Below, one piece after another: positions 1 through 14,357 of a stretch of DNA of 25,100 nucleotides (positions within the stretch are counted from its first letter, which is position 1; each line of letters begins with the position of its first letter). The stretch is from Eledone cirrhosa (Eukaryota). The position numbers and the translations under genes are program-made. Location of the stretch: assembly GCA_964016885.1 (NCBI GenBank), contig CAXHJY010001583.1:1-25100 (forward strand), written 5' to 3'. The notes beneath the pieces are model-generated. The model saw nothing but the letters and a program-made list of their open reading frames with translations. It was not told where the DNA came from and did no database searches.

Positions 1-357
1 TATCCATGTAGGAGAACCCCTACCGATGCGCTCAACGAGTGTGATTTTTAGTCCAGCCAGCGACTTGAAAACTCTGGTACAAACACTACACTTGTGACAA
101 TTACTGACACATAGTGCTGGGGCCATGCTACCATGTGACGACAAGTGCAGAGAGATCTCCAGATATAAAGCAATGCCTGTGCTGTTAAGCTTTTATAGTG
201 AGCAAAGGCACTGCACAAAGCCAGTCCCACTCTCTTAACCGAGATGATATTTACCAAAAAGAAGAACAAGTCAACATCATTGGATACCATCAAAGTTGCA
301 GGTGTTATATCAGAGTTTTCCTTCTCCTAGAATTCTGGCTTGACAAAGGCTAAGGGG

Positions 358-358
<1 letters not shown>
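1..358 (-). mobile_element. Possible 5' UTR remnant of an RTE-clade LINE
   Basis: Minus strand reads ...TTCTAGGAGAAGGAAAACTCTGATAT... (about 307-332), which I recall as a motif of RTE 5' UTRs. No ORF supports it; recognition from memory only. Confidence 0.3.
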
Positions 359-393
<35 letters not shown>

Positions 394-411
394 GTATAAA
401 ATCTATATATC

Positions 412-457
<46 letters not shown>

Positions 458-459
<2 letters not shown>

Positions 460-684
460 CGATGAATTAGTTTTGCGAGGTTTTTTATATGAAATCGTGT
501 GTCGAAACAGATATTGTTATATTTGGGGAGGGTCATATTTGCGTAATATTGCCAGAATTAATAACAGAACACACTCACTGTTTGGTTGGTTTTCGCTTCT
601 CGCTGTCTTTTATATATATAAATCTGCGATCTAACTTACTCGGTCCTCAATGTTGCCATTGACTGACCGGCGGTCAAAAATAAT
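458..684 (-). mobile_element. Inverted solo fragment of the Penelope-like element 3' end (pLTR tail)
   Basis: Nearly identical to 7871-8088 and reverse-complementary to about 3630-3797. It abuts (TA)n on the left and joins the SINE through a shared AATAAT on the right. Confidence 0.9.
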
Positions 685-858
685 TGTTTCTACTTTTGGC
701 ACAAGGCCAGCAAATTACCCAGTGCATTACTGGTACTTTATTTTATCGACCCCGTAAGGATGAAAGGCAAAGTCAACCTCGGCGGGATTTGAACTCAGAT
801 CGTAAAGGGACGTAACTATGCTGGAAAGCATGGCGTCCGACCCTCTACCGATACTTTG
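681..858 (-). mobile_element. tRNA-derived SINE (Octopus-type)
   Basis: Minus strand has an A-box-like GTATCGGTAGAG, a B-box GAGTTCAAATCC and the core TTTGCCTTTCATCCTTACGGGGTCGATAAAATAAAGTACCAG. Three homologous copies lie at 22617-23190. Confidence 0.85.
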
Positions 859-975
859 TATATATATATATATATACATGGCTTGTATATATATATATAT
901 ACATGGCTTGTATATATATATATATACATGGCTTGTATATATATATATATACATGGCTTGTATTATATATATATA
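859..975. repeat. 25-bp minisatellite (TA)8-CATGGCTTG x4
   Basis: CATGGCTTG at 877, 902, 927 and 952, separated by TA runs. Confidence 0.9.
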
Positions 976-3272
976 CTCCGGAGACGGAGGCACAGTTCAC
1001 CATAGCTAGAAATAAGATTAGACAAGTAGTAGACAGGTACACTATGAGACAGAGCAGACCAGAGGCCCAACAACTTGGGATAAAACCTGTAGAAGGCTTG
1101 GTTAGCCTCAAGCAGCGCACAAGGGATGGTGAGGTAGTGTGTCTACCCACAGATAAGTCTGGTAGGATGTCAATAGATAGCATGCCGAACTACATCGAGG
1201 CAATGCAACCCCACATCACCAACACGAGCGAAGTTGCACAACTAACACACGATGGGAGAGAAAAAATCCTCAACGCTCACATGATGATGTGGACTGACAT
1301 CCTAAAGCCAAGCAGACGCACTGCCAACAACTTCCAGGCGTCTAACAATGGCATACCACCCTTGTATGGGCTCCGCAAAGACCACAAGACAGTCGACGAC
1401 CCGACAATAGGACCACCAACAAGACCTGTATGCGGAGCTAATATAGCTAGCAACTACAGGATCTCCTACTTCCTCTCAATGGTTATACGCCCCATAATCA
1501 AGATGTCCCCAGATGTATGTGAAAGTACAGAGGACCTCCTCAGCAGAATCAGTGAGTGCAACAAAAACAGGAGCCTATCCAACTGCATAATAGGCAGCAT
1601 GGATGTGGTGTCACTGTACCCATCCATTAACATTGATTTTGCTGTGAAAAGATGTGTGGAGATGATCATTGAGAGTGAGGTGGAGTTCTGCGACGTCGAC
1701 ACAGACGAACTGGGCCTCCTACTTAGACTTACCTACGACACTGACTACCTAGACAGCCATGACCTTAGATGTTTCTGCCCTAGTAGACCTATAAGAGGTA
1801 GACCCCCCACCATAACCTCAATGGCTAAAAAGACTCCCATAGGAAGGTGGATTGGGTGGACCAAAGCTATACGGACCCCCCAAAACACTGATCAGGTAAG
1901 AAAAATGGTCGCACATGCAATAGGGGCTAGTATCAAAACTACCCTAAAGGGCCACATATTTAAGTTCAATGAGAAAATCTACACCCAAAATGAGGGAGCA
2001 GCCATCGGCGTCAGCATAGCTGGCGATGTTGCCAACCTTTTCATGGTATGGTGGGAAAGGAGACTTAAAGATCTCCTTAATGAAAGCTCCATAGACCTCA
2101 TCATGTACTCTCGTTATGTAGACGATATCAATATAGTTATAAGAACACCCCCACTAGAGAGCACTAACAAGTTTGATTTAGAACGTAGCACGATGGAAAG
2201 CATCCAGCAGATAGCTAATTCCATACACCAGAGTATAACTGTAACTATAGACTTCCCTTCCAAACACCCTAACAATAGACTACCTGTATTAGACACAGAA
2301 CTCTGGATTAACACTATAGACGAGAGAGCCCAAATTCTCCACTCACACTATGCTAAACCCATGGCCTCCAAATACCTGATACTCAAAAACTCAGCAATGT
2401 CCAGTAGTGCTAAGTTTAATATTCTGATCGCAGATTTGGTACGAGTGATGAAGAATGTGTCCAGCATGTGCGACCCAACAGAAATGGAAGGACACATCCA
2501 ACACTTCATCAACCGCATGCAGTTCTCTGGCTACAACCAAAGAGACAGAGTCAGAGTATACGAAGGAGCCATGGAAAAGTATAAGACCCTCATAGAACTG
2601 GACATGAAAGGAATTTGCCCACTATACAGGAGCAAATCATGGAATAGCTTAGATAGGGCTAGACATAAGATAGGGAAGGCCACATCATGGTACGACAACC
2701 AGAGATATCAGAGTGTCATGTTTGTGGACGCCACCCCTGGAGGGAAATTAGCTAACCAGTGTAGAAAGGCCCTGAGAAAGACCCACTTAAAAATAAAGGT
2801 GGTAGAAAAGCCAGGAACCACCATAAAATCCCTGATCAGCAAAACCTACCCTTTTAAGAAAACCCACTGTACCAATAGGAAATGTATCATATGTAAGGTG
2901 AACCCCCGGATAAACTGTAAAACTAGAAACGTAGTCTATAGCATAAGATGTACAGAGGGTACTTGCAGAAACACGACAACAACATACATAGGTGAGACAG
3001 CTCGTAGCATAGGTGAAAGGATAGACCAACACTGGGGGGAACTAAAAGGACGAAAAAACGGGTCAGTACTATACGAACATGCTAGACAACACCATGACGG
3101 TAACATAGACAACATAGAAATTAGAATAATATCTAAACATAGGAATGACCCAGCAGATAGGCAAATCAGAGAGGCCAGTGAAATAGAAATTAGAAGACCA
3201 AAGCTAAACAGAAAGAATGAGTGGAACAACAACAACACCCAAACAAACAACACTGACCTAAGAGAAGTATAA
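903..3272 (+). CDS. PLE reverse transcriptase / GIY-YIG endonuclease (N-terminally truncated; the first ~24 codons are microsatellite read-through)
   Basis: RT motifs YGLRKDHK, RPVCG, SMDVVSLYPSI, QNEGAAIG, RYVDD (YVDD at 2115-2126) and LPVLD. Cys linker CTNRKCIIC. GIY-YIG motifs NVVYSIRC...YIGETAR...ERIDQH...REASEI...LN. Confidence 0.93.
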   Translation: MACIYIYIHGLYIYIYTWLVLYIYTPETEAQFTIARNKIRQVVDRYTMRQSRPEAQQLGIKPVEGLVSLKQRTRDGEVVCLPTDKSGRMSIDSMPNYIEAMQPHITNTSEVAQLTHDGREKILNAHMMMWTDILKPSRRTANNFQASNNGIPPLYGLRKDHKTVDDPTIGPPTRPVCGANIASNYRISYFLSMVIRPIIKMSPDVCESTEDLLSRISECNKNRSLSNCIIGSMDVVSLYPSINIDFAVKRCVEMIIESEVEFCDVDTDELGLLLRLTYDTDYLDSHDLRCFCPSRPIRGRPPTITSMAKKTPIGRWIGWTKAIRTPQNTDQVRKMVAHAIGASIKTTLKGHIFKFNEKIYTQNEGAAIGVSIAGDVANLFMVWWERRLKDLLNESSIDLIMYSRYVDDINIVIRTPPLESTNKFDLERSTMESIQQIANSIHQSITVTIDFPSKHPNNRLPVLDTELWINTIDERAQILHSHYAKPMASKYLILKNSAMSSSAKFNILIADLVRVMKNVSSMCDPTEMEGHIQHFINRMQFSGYNQRDRVRVYEGAMEKYKTLIELDMKGICPLYRSKSWNSLDRARHKIGKATSWYDNQRYQSVMFVDATPGGKLANQCRKALRKTHLKIKVVEKPGTTIKSLISKTYPFKKTHCTNRKCIICKVNPRINCKTRNVVYSIRCTEGTCRNTTTTYIGETARSIGERIDQHWGELKGRKNGSVLYEHARQHHDGNIDNIEIRIISKHRNDPADRQIREASEIEIRRPKLNRKNEWNNNNTQTNNTDLREV

Positions 3273-3797
3273 ATAAATAAGTAAATAAAATAAAATAAAT
3301 AAAATAAGATAAATAAATACATACACAAGCACATAAACACACACTAGTCACCCAGCAGACAACACTATACACACTAGTCACACATCACACATCACACATA
3401 ACACTATACACACACGCAAACGCATGCGCAAAGAAGACAAAATAAAATAAGATAAACAAACAAGCAAATAAATAAATAAATATATAGACAGACTGAACAA
3501 AAAAAATGGCGTAGACATACAACACAACAGGAGGAACAATGAATATAACACCACTGACGATGTTGCAGATGTGCAACGAAAGATTTATGTAAACTATATA
3601 TATATGTGTTTGTCTATATTGTATCTGTATTATTTTTGACCGCCGGTCAGTCAATGGCAACATTGAGGACCGAGTAAGTTAGATCGCAGATTTATATATA
3701 TAAAAGACAGCGAGAAGCGAAAACCAACCAAACAGTGAGTGTGTTCTGTTATTAATTCTGGCAATATTACGCAAATATGACCCTCCCCAAATATAAC
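976..3797 (+). mobile_element. Penelope-like element copy A (Neptune-type), 5'-truncated, inserted in (TA)n
   Basis: Uninterrupted RT-GIY-YIG ORF plus a 525-bp 3' region, about 99% identical by eye to copies B and C, with (TA)n on both sides. Confidence 0.95.
3548..3593 (+). ncRNA. Candidate minimal hammerhead ribozyme in the PLE 3' region (copies at about 8133-8180 minus and 11972-12017 plus)
   Basis: CTGACGA(3554-3560)-T-GTTGCA-GATG-TGCAAC-GAAA-GATT-TA. The core and stem II are good, but proximal stem I is only 2 bp (CA/TG). PLE pLTRs are known to carry minimal HHRs. Confidence 0.55.
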
Positions 3798-4179
3798 TAT
3801 ATATATATTTATATATATATATATTAGGGTAAACAAATATCAACATGAGATGACATTTGCGTTTTCGTCAGATAAAATAGGGAGACATGATATGAAGGTT
3901 AAAAAACACTTGTGAATAGTGCAGTTTTAAATCAACATTTAACCATCTTTGGATCTTATATATTATTTATACTCCAGTCCTTCAAACTGTAGAGTGCTAC
4001 TTATCCGATATCTGCATTGCTTTATTGTACTACAATAAAACTCACCGCCTACATTATATGTATATATATATATGTATAAATATATATATAAATATATATA
4101 TAAATATATACATACATATATATATATATATATACATATTTAAATATATATATATTTATATATATACACACACACACAC

Positions 4180-4238
<59 letters not shown>

Positions 4239-4559
4239 TATATATATATATATACACACAAATATATATATGCATATTTAAAAATATATATATATATATA
4301 TATATATACATTTATATAAATATATATACACATAAATATGTATATACATATGTATATATATATATATATAAAGACACACACACACACATGTATATATGTA
4401 TATATATATATATTTACTGACATTCATCATATACTTCGACAAGCACTCACACATACATAAATATATACATACACACGTATCTATACATTTGTATACACAC
4501 ACACACTTAAGTATTTATCTAGGTTATGAATAAAATAAGCATAAAAATTTAATTAAAAC

Positions 4560-4631
<72 letters not shown>

Positions 4632-4680
4632 TAGATATATACCTTTCATTTATATATATTATATATATATACCTTTCATT

Positions 4681-4725
<45 letters not shown>

Positions 4726-4813
4726 TATAATATATATATAAATATACAAACAAACCATACTATTACTAATTACTGTATATTATCAAAGCTTTTATGGCAT
4801 GGATGCTAATTTA

Positions 4814-4949
<136 letters not shown>

Positions 4950-5050
4950 CATTTATATATATAGTAATAATAATAAATTTGAAGACTAAAATCCAAAGAG
5001 GGCTCGATAAGGATAAATATATATCAAATATATAAGAACCGTAGAACAAA

Positions 5051-5160
5051 TATTTATTAAAATAACAGATTATAGTTTAAGCAAAGAATCGCTGCTTTCA
5101 CCCTTAACGGGATCTTCTGAAACCATTCTTTGCTTAAACTTTAATCTGTTATTTTAATAA

Positions 5161-5163
<3 letters not shown>
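5051..5163. repeat. Fold-back inverted repeat (39-bp arms, 1 mismatch) enclosing a degenerate HHR core
   Basis: Arms 5051-5089 and 5125-5163. The loop on the minus strand reads CAGAAGA-T-CCC-GTTAA-GGG-T-GAAA-GCAGC. Confidence 0.8.
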
Positions 5164-5240
<77 letters not shown>

Positions 5241-5274
5241 CTTTCAGACGTTCAATCATCTGGCAGGAAGGTAT

Positions 5275-5317
5275 ACGATGCTGACGATAGCTAATAAGCT
5301 TGAAACTAGTACATCGT
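5275..5317 (+). ncRNA. Minimal type I hammerhead ribozyme in a ~190-bp insert (about 5241-5430)
   Basis: ACGATG-CTGACGA-T-AGCT-AATA-AGCT-T-GAAA-CTAG-TA-CATCGT: 6-bp stem I, palindromic CTAG stem III and GUA cleavage triplet. Stem I extends through GTTCAA...TTGAAC. Confidence 0.9.
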
Positions 5318-5663
5318 TCCTTTGTCAGTGTTGAACAAAAGGGCGACGATGGTTGCTAAACACTGTAGGTCTTAATTCGGGCTGTTTGTTTACAAACAAA
5401 CCGAACATTATAATAAATGTTCGGTAAACCGATACGTACATATATGTATGTGTACATGTATGTATATATATACATACTACTGTATGTCTGTATACATATA
5501 TGTATGTACGTATACATACATACTTAAATTTAAGTAACTGCCGTACTAAGAGTAAGAAATGAAATTTCGTTTCATTTTTCCCATATATATATATAGTTAT
5601 ATATATATACGTATATATATATTTGTATGTATGTATAATATATATTTGTATGTATGTATAATA

Positions 5664-5770
<107 letters not shown>

Positions 5771-6706
5771 TATATATAAGTATATACAAACACACACACA
5801 TATATATATATATATATATGTGTGTGTATATATAAAATAATAACTGTATGGAGTTATAAATCTATCTATCTCTCTCTCTCTATATATATACACACACACA
5901 CATATATATATAAATATATATATCATTTATATATAAATATATATATCTATATACACACTTTCGAGTTAGTGGTTGTGTAAGCTTGCTTCCAGCTTTGTTA
6001 ATCTTGTTATTACATATGTATGCATGTATGTACAATATATATATACATATATATACAATATATATATATACACACACAAGTTTGCTGAGCATGCAGCCAT
6101 GCGTACGATTTTGTATGTGTGTGTGTTGGTATTGAGTCGGCATTTACGCTAGAGAAAATTCGATGATAATGAAGCTAAAAAGGTATTGTTACTTTTATTA
6201 TTATCTGAAAAACATTGAAGTAATATCCATATATATATATATATTCACACACACATACTTATTTTCTGTTGCACGAGCCGGCAACGATAAGTAGTTCTCT
6301 CAAATTTAAACCGTGCGATACTACATTTCGGTATGAGGGCTGAAGACGCAAGTCGACGCTTCTGTGTAATTTTGTCTCGTTCATTTTCACTTTCTCCATT
6401 TCCTTCCTTTGCTCATCTCTCCCCATCACTTCCGCGGGCCAACACACTTCTAGACGTTTATTCCTGTCCTTTGAGGTAAGATTTTGCCCGACGCCGTCAT
6501 TTTGCTGTTTTGGCAGCTATCCTTGCGTTGAGCTTTTCTTATTATTCTATGAACCCTAATAGACTCGCGTCTGAACTTGATCTTTGAGAAAACTTTGTTA
6601 TATATATATATATATAATATATATAATATATATATATATATAAACGTTTCTTTTGCTTTTTCATCTCCATGGATTGTGTCTATTATATTCCTTTGTTAAA
6701 TTTCGA

Positions 6707-6764
6707 ATACCTGATGATGTCACAGGATTCATACTGAACCCGGCCATTGAAATGTTCATAGTAT
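6707..6764 (+). ncRNA. Type I hammerhead ribozyme (partly degenerate stem II) in a ~170-bp insert (about 6642-6810)
   Basis: ATAC-CTGATGA-TGTCACAGGATTCA-TAC-TGAACCCGGCCAT-T-GAAA-TGTTCA-TA-GTAT, with an AUA triplet. Confidence 0.75.
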
Positions 6765-6803
6765 AATAAACCTTTAAGGAATTACACCAGTCCAGCCTCC
6801 TGT

Positions 6804-6852
<49 letters not shown>

Positions 6853-6888
6853 ATATATATATTATATAGATATATATATATATATATA

Positions 6889-7052
6889 CGTAGGTCCCGG
6901 GTTGAGTCGGGGATAACCACAGTAAGTAAGGTACTCAATACATGGCAGAGTAAGCATTTTTTATTTTATATAAGGAGCTTCTACAGGACTAGTAGTTTCA
7001 TTCAGTTCATCTGAATGAAACAGTACTAGTCCTGTAGAAGCTCCTATAAAAT

Positions 7053-7057
<5 letters not shown>
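6889..7057. mobile_element. Short (TA)n-inserted fold-back element, copy 1 (homologous to 14817-14978)
   Basis: Shares TAACCACAGTAAGTAAGGTACTCAATACAT with copy 2. Inverted arms at about 6959-7005 and 7011-7056 surround a TTCAT loop. Confidence 0.8.
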
Positions 7058-7130
<73 letters not shown>

Positions 7131-7514
7131 TATATATATATAATATATAATATATATATATATATAAAATTGTAAATGCGGGAAAATAATAGACAAAAAT
7201 ATAGCTATTTTTTTTTCAAAGTCCCGACTACAGCAATTTTGCAGCAATCATGCACCAGAAAGTCCATAGGCTTATCAAGAGAGCCCTCAATTTAGTGTAC
7301 TGTTTCTTGACCAGATCGTTACAAGTGAATAGTTCTCGGGTTAGGAAAAGGGGGATTATCACGTGATACAGTGGTTCACAGAAGGGAGTACCATATTGAT
7401 AGAAAAAAACAGCCACCACCCACCTGTTTAACTCTACCATAAAGGAACCTGGGACAAAATAGTAATGGGATACACACACAGATACGTATGTATATATATA
7501 TTTATATATATATT

Positions 7515-7585
<71 letters not shown>

Positions 7586-7637
7586 TATATATATATATTA
7601 TAGTATATATATGTATATATATATATATATATATGTG

Positions 7638-7698
<61 letters not shown>

Positions 7699-7825
7699 AT
7701 ATATCTATGTATATATGTACTATATAATAACTATCATATCTATGTATATATGTATATATATATATATAATATATATACTACTATATATATAATGTATATA
7801 TATATATATCTATATATATATATAG

Positions 7826-7863
<38 letters not shown>

Positions 7864-7870
7864 ATATATA

Positions 7871-9810
7871 TAGTTTTGCGAGGTTTTTTATATGAAATCG
7901 TGTGTCGAAACAGATATTGTTATATTTGGGGAGGGTCATATTTGCGTAATATTGCCAGAATTAATAACAGAACACACTCACTGTTTGGTTGGTTTTTCGC
8001 TTCTCGCTGTCTTTTATATATATATATCTGCGATCTAACTTACTCGGTCCTCAATGTTGCCATTGACTGACCGGCGGTCAAAAATAATACAGATACAATA
8101 TAGACAAACACATATATATATAGTTTACATAATTTACATAAATCTTTCGTTGCAACATCTGCAACATCGTCAGTGGTGTTATATTCATTGTTCCTCCTGT
8201 TGTGTTGTATGTCTACGCCATTTTTTTTTTTTTTTGTTCAGTCTGTCTATATATTTATTTATTTATTTGCTTGTTTGTTTATCTTATTTTATTTTGTCTT
8301 CTTTACGCATGCGTTTGCGTGTGTGTATAGTGTTATGCGTGATGTGTGACTAGTGTGATATAGTGTTGTGTCTGCTGGGTGACTAGTGTGTGTTTATGTG
8401 CTTGTGTATGTATTTATTTATCTTATTTTATTTATTTTATTTTATTTACTTATTTATTTATACTTCTCTTAGGTCAGTGTTGTTTGTTTGGGTGTTGTTG
8501 TTGTTCCACTCATTCTTTCTGTTTAGCTTTGGTCTTCTAATTTCTATTTCACTGGCCTCTCTGATTTGCCTATCTGCTGGGTCATTCCTATGTTTAGATA
8601 TTATTCTAATTTCTATGTTGTCTATGTTACCGTCATGTTGTTGTCTAGCATGTTCGTATAGTACTGACCCGTTTTTTCGTCCTTTTAGTTCCCCCCAGTG
8701 TTGGTCTATCCTTTCACCTATGCTACGAGCTGTCTCACCTATGTATGTTGTTGTCGTGTTTCTGCAAGTACCCTCTGTACATCTTATGCTATAGACTACG
8801 TTTCTAGTTTTACAGTTTATCCGGGGGTTCACCTTACATATGATACATTTCCTATTGGTACAGTGGGTTTTCTTAAAAGGGTAGGTTTTGCTGATCAGGG
8901 ATTTTATGGTGGTTCCTGGCTTTTCTACCACCTTTATTTTTAAGTGGGTCTTTCTCAGGGCCTTTCTACACTGGTTAGCTAATTTCCCTCCAGGGGTGGC
9001 GTCCACAAACATGACACTCTGATATCTCTGGTTGTCGTACCATGATGTGGCCTTCCCTATCTTATGTCTAGCCCTATCTAAGCTATTCCATGATTTGCTC
9101 CTGTATAGTGGGCAAATTCCTTTCATGTCCAGTTCTATGAGGGTCTTATACTTTTCCATGGCTCCTTCGTATACTCTGACTCTGTCTCTTTGGTTGTAGC
9201 CAGAGAACTGCATGCGGTTGATGAAGTGTTGGATGTGTCCTTCCATTTCTGTTGGGTCGCACATGCTGGACACATTCTTCATCACTCGTACCAAATCTGC
9301 GATCAGAATATTAAACTTAGCACTACTGGACATTGCTGAGTTTTTGAGTATCAGGTATTTGGAGGCCATGGGTTTAGCATAGTGTGAGTGGAGAATTTGG
9401 GCTCTCTCGTCTATAGTGTTAATCCAGAGTTCTGTGTCTAATACAGGTAGTCTATTGTTAGGGTGTTTGGAAGGGAAGTCTATAGTTACAGTTATACTCT
9501 GGTGTATGGAATTAGCTATCTGCTGGATGCTTTCCATCGTACTACGTTCTAAATCAAACTTGTTAGTGCTCTCTAGTGGGGGTGTTCTTATAACTATATT
9601 GATATCGTCTACATAACGAGAGTACATGATGAGGTCTATGGAGCTTTCATTAAGGAGGAGATCTTTAAGTCTCCTTTCCCACCATACCATGAAAAGGTTG
9701 GCAACATCACCAGCTATGCTGACGCCGATGGCTGCTCCCTCATTTTGGGTGTAGATTTTCTCATTGAACTTAAATATGTGGCCCTTTAGGGTAGTTTTGA
9801 TACTAGCCCC
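7871..9810 (-). mobile_element. Penelope-like element copy B, 5'-truncated, inverted and fused to copy C
   Basis: Reverse complement of copy A from position 1923 onward, with a 3' end about 50 nt longer and a 3-bp insertion (LLL vs LL). Confidence 0.95.
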
Positions 9811-12362
<2,552 letters not shown>

Positions 12363-12503
12363 AGTATATGTTGGCTGTATACCAACACCTCAGTATGCAG
12401 GCTGGAGCACTCGACGAAGTGCGCAGGTTGGTTTGGTTACTCCGGAGTAGTGTAAAATAAAGTTAAATAAAAGTCAAATGATTAAAATTTAGCTTCCTTT
12501 ATT

Positions 12504-12558
12504 ACTGCTATATATATTTCAGTGACAGCCATCTTTGGCTGTGACCTCTTCAGGCAGT
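12504..12558 (-). ncRNA. Type I hammerhead ribozyme in a ~310-bp insert (about 12361-12672)
   Basis: Minus strand: ACTGC-CTGAAGA-G-GTCACAGCC-AAAGAT-GGCTGTCAC-T-GAAA-TATATA-TA-GCAGT. Confidence 0.9.
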
Positions 12559-12676
12559 TTGAATTAGTATGGTATAAACAAGTACATATGTTGTTTAGGT
12601 GTATGATATTGTCAATACTCTGATATGTCCAGTTCCTTGTTGGGCTGTTAATTCACTGGGGAACTAGAGTCATATA

Positions 12677-12836
<160 letters not shown>

Positions 12837-13017
12837 TACATATATATACATACATATTTATAAATACATACATATATTTCATATATATATATATATTCAT
12901 ACATATATATATATAAATTTTGGTCGTTTTGGAAGCCTCAACAATGCAGATGGGTAAATCTCTCTGTCTCTCTCTCTCTATATATATATACATACATACA
13001 TATATATATATATATAC

Positions 13018-13062
<45 letters not shown>

Positions 13063-13140
13063 AATACATACATATATTTCATATATATATATATATAGAG
13101 AGAGAGAGATACATACATATATATATACACATACATATAT

Positions 13141-13237
<97 letters not shown>

Positions 13238-13538
13238 ATATATATATATATACAAACATACATATATTACATATCATATATATATATATAATATATACAA
13301 ATATAGATTCAGCGAGAATCGCATTTCGGCGGGTAGAAAAGGCGAAACGAAACGCAAAAATCAGATATAATACTGGCAAGCGCTCGATAGTTAAAAAAAA
13401 ACTAGAGCCAAACAATGTTAAGAGGCCATACAAAACTGAAATACTGGTCAAGAAAGCGTCAACAACCTAAGCCAAAATGCAAATCAAGCTAAACAGTTCA
13501 AAACAAAATAAAATAAATGATAAAGAAATATATATATA

Positions 13539-14160
13539 CAGTGAATCATCGCTTATCCGGACGGTCAAAACCAAACAGTTAGAAAAAGATCCGGTTAAGT
13601 GAAATATCCGGATAAGTGAATTCTAAAATCCCATTGCTACATAATGCTCCTGGTTTCTAATGTTTTGGCTTCTTTTAGTCAAAATAAAAGACAAATGCTA
13701 AGTAAAGAAAGTTTATTAGAATAACAAAAGAACAGCTAGAATTTATAAGAAAATTAATTAAACAAACATAAGAATAACTAAAAACTTGGTAAAACTGAAT
13801 TGAATCAAACCATAAAAAGTTGGTACTTTTTTTAAAAATGAATAAATAGAAGCTCGTCGTTCCGCTACCATTTCCACGCAACAGCTGAACGGTCAACCAC
13901 CTCCCTCATGTTTATCGCACGTAAAAATGGAATTATTCCCGTGTCCCCTTTTCCGATCAAATCCCGCAGCAATTGTTTTCTGTGTCTCCAAAACTTCCTG
14001 GTCCATTGGCTGAATAAGTGACGTAACGTTCGCCGGAAGAAATGCTGCCCGAATCTGTCCGTCTGCCGAAATCAAGTCTTCTTCATCCGGAGGTAGTATA
14101 GAAATAGCCGTCCGGTAAATCGAATTTCGGAAAACCGATATCCGGATAAGCGAAGATGCA

Positions 14161-14163
<3 letters not shown>
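13539..14163 (-). mobile_element. pogo/Tigger-family DNA transposon, internal-deletion derivative
   Basis: 23-bp TIRs CAGTGAATCATCGCTTATCCGGA / TCCGGATAAGCGAAGATGCACTG (2 mismatches) with TA flanks. Minus-strand remnant FLPANVTSLIQPMDQEVL is typical of pogo/TIGD DDE transposases. Confidence 0.9.
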
Positions 14164-14212
<49 letters not shown>

Positions 14213-14357
14213 AAGAGTTAAACAAGATTCAATGAGTACATCAAAGAATGAGTTTTACAGTAGATTGGAATCACTCAACGTGAAAAAAATAATTTTCCGG
14301 AGTTATTAATATTAGAATATAAATATTAATAAAATAGATATTCTTTTGATCAATTAC

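Noticed and set aside
976-3272. Telomerase, group II intron or retron RT; Naiad-type selenoprotein PLE
   Set aside because: C-terminal GIY-YIG with a Cys linker, multicopy truncations and no in-frame TGA indicate a conventional EN+ PLE.
1466-3663. Antisense ORFs recurring in each PLE copy (78, 66, 81, 134 aa)
   Set aside because: They recur only because the copies are near-identical, and show no motifs.
3636-3690. Superficial resemblance to the HDV ribozyme (CGCCGG...GGCAACATT...GAGGACCG)
   Set aside because: I cannot build the nested P1-P4 double pseudoknot; the sequence forms two simple hairpins.
3835-3880. Minus-strand ATTTTAT-CTGACGA-AAAC...GTT-GATA as an HHR
   Set aside because: The GAAA box is mutated and there is no stem I or III pairing; too weak to call.
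6335-6370. CTGAAGA motif as an HHR core
   Set aside because: No downstream GAAA, stem III or NUH site.
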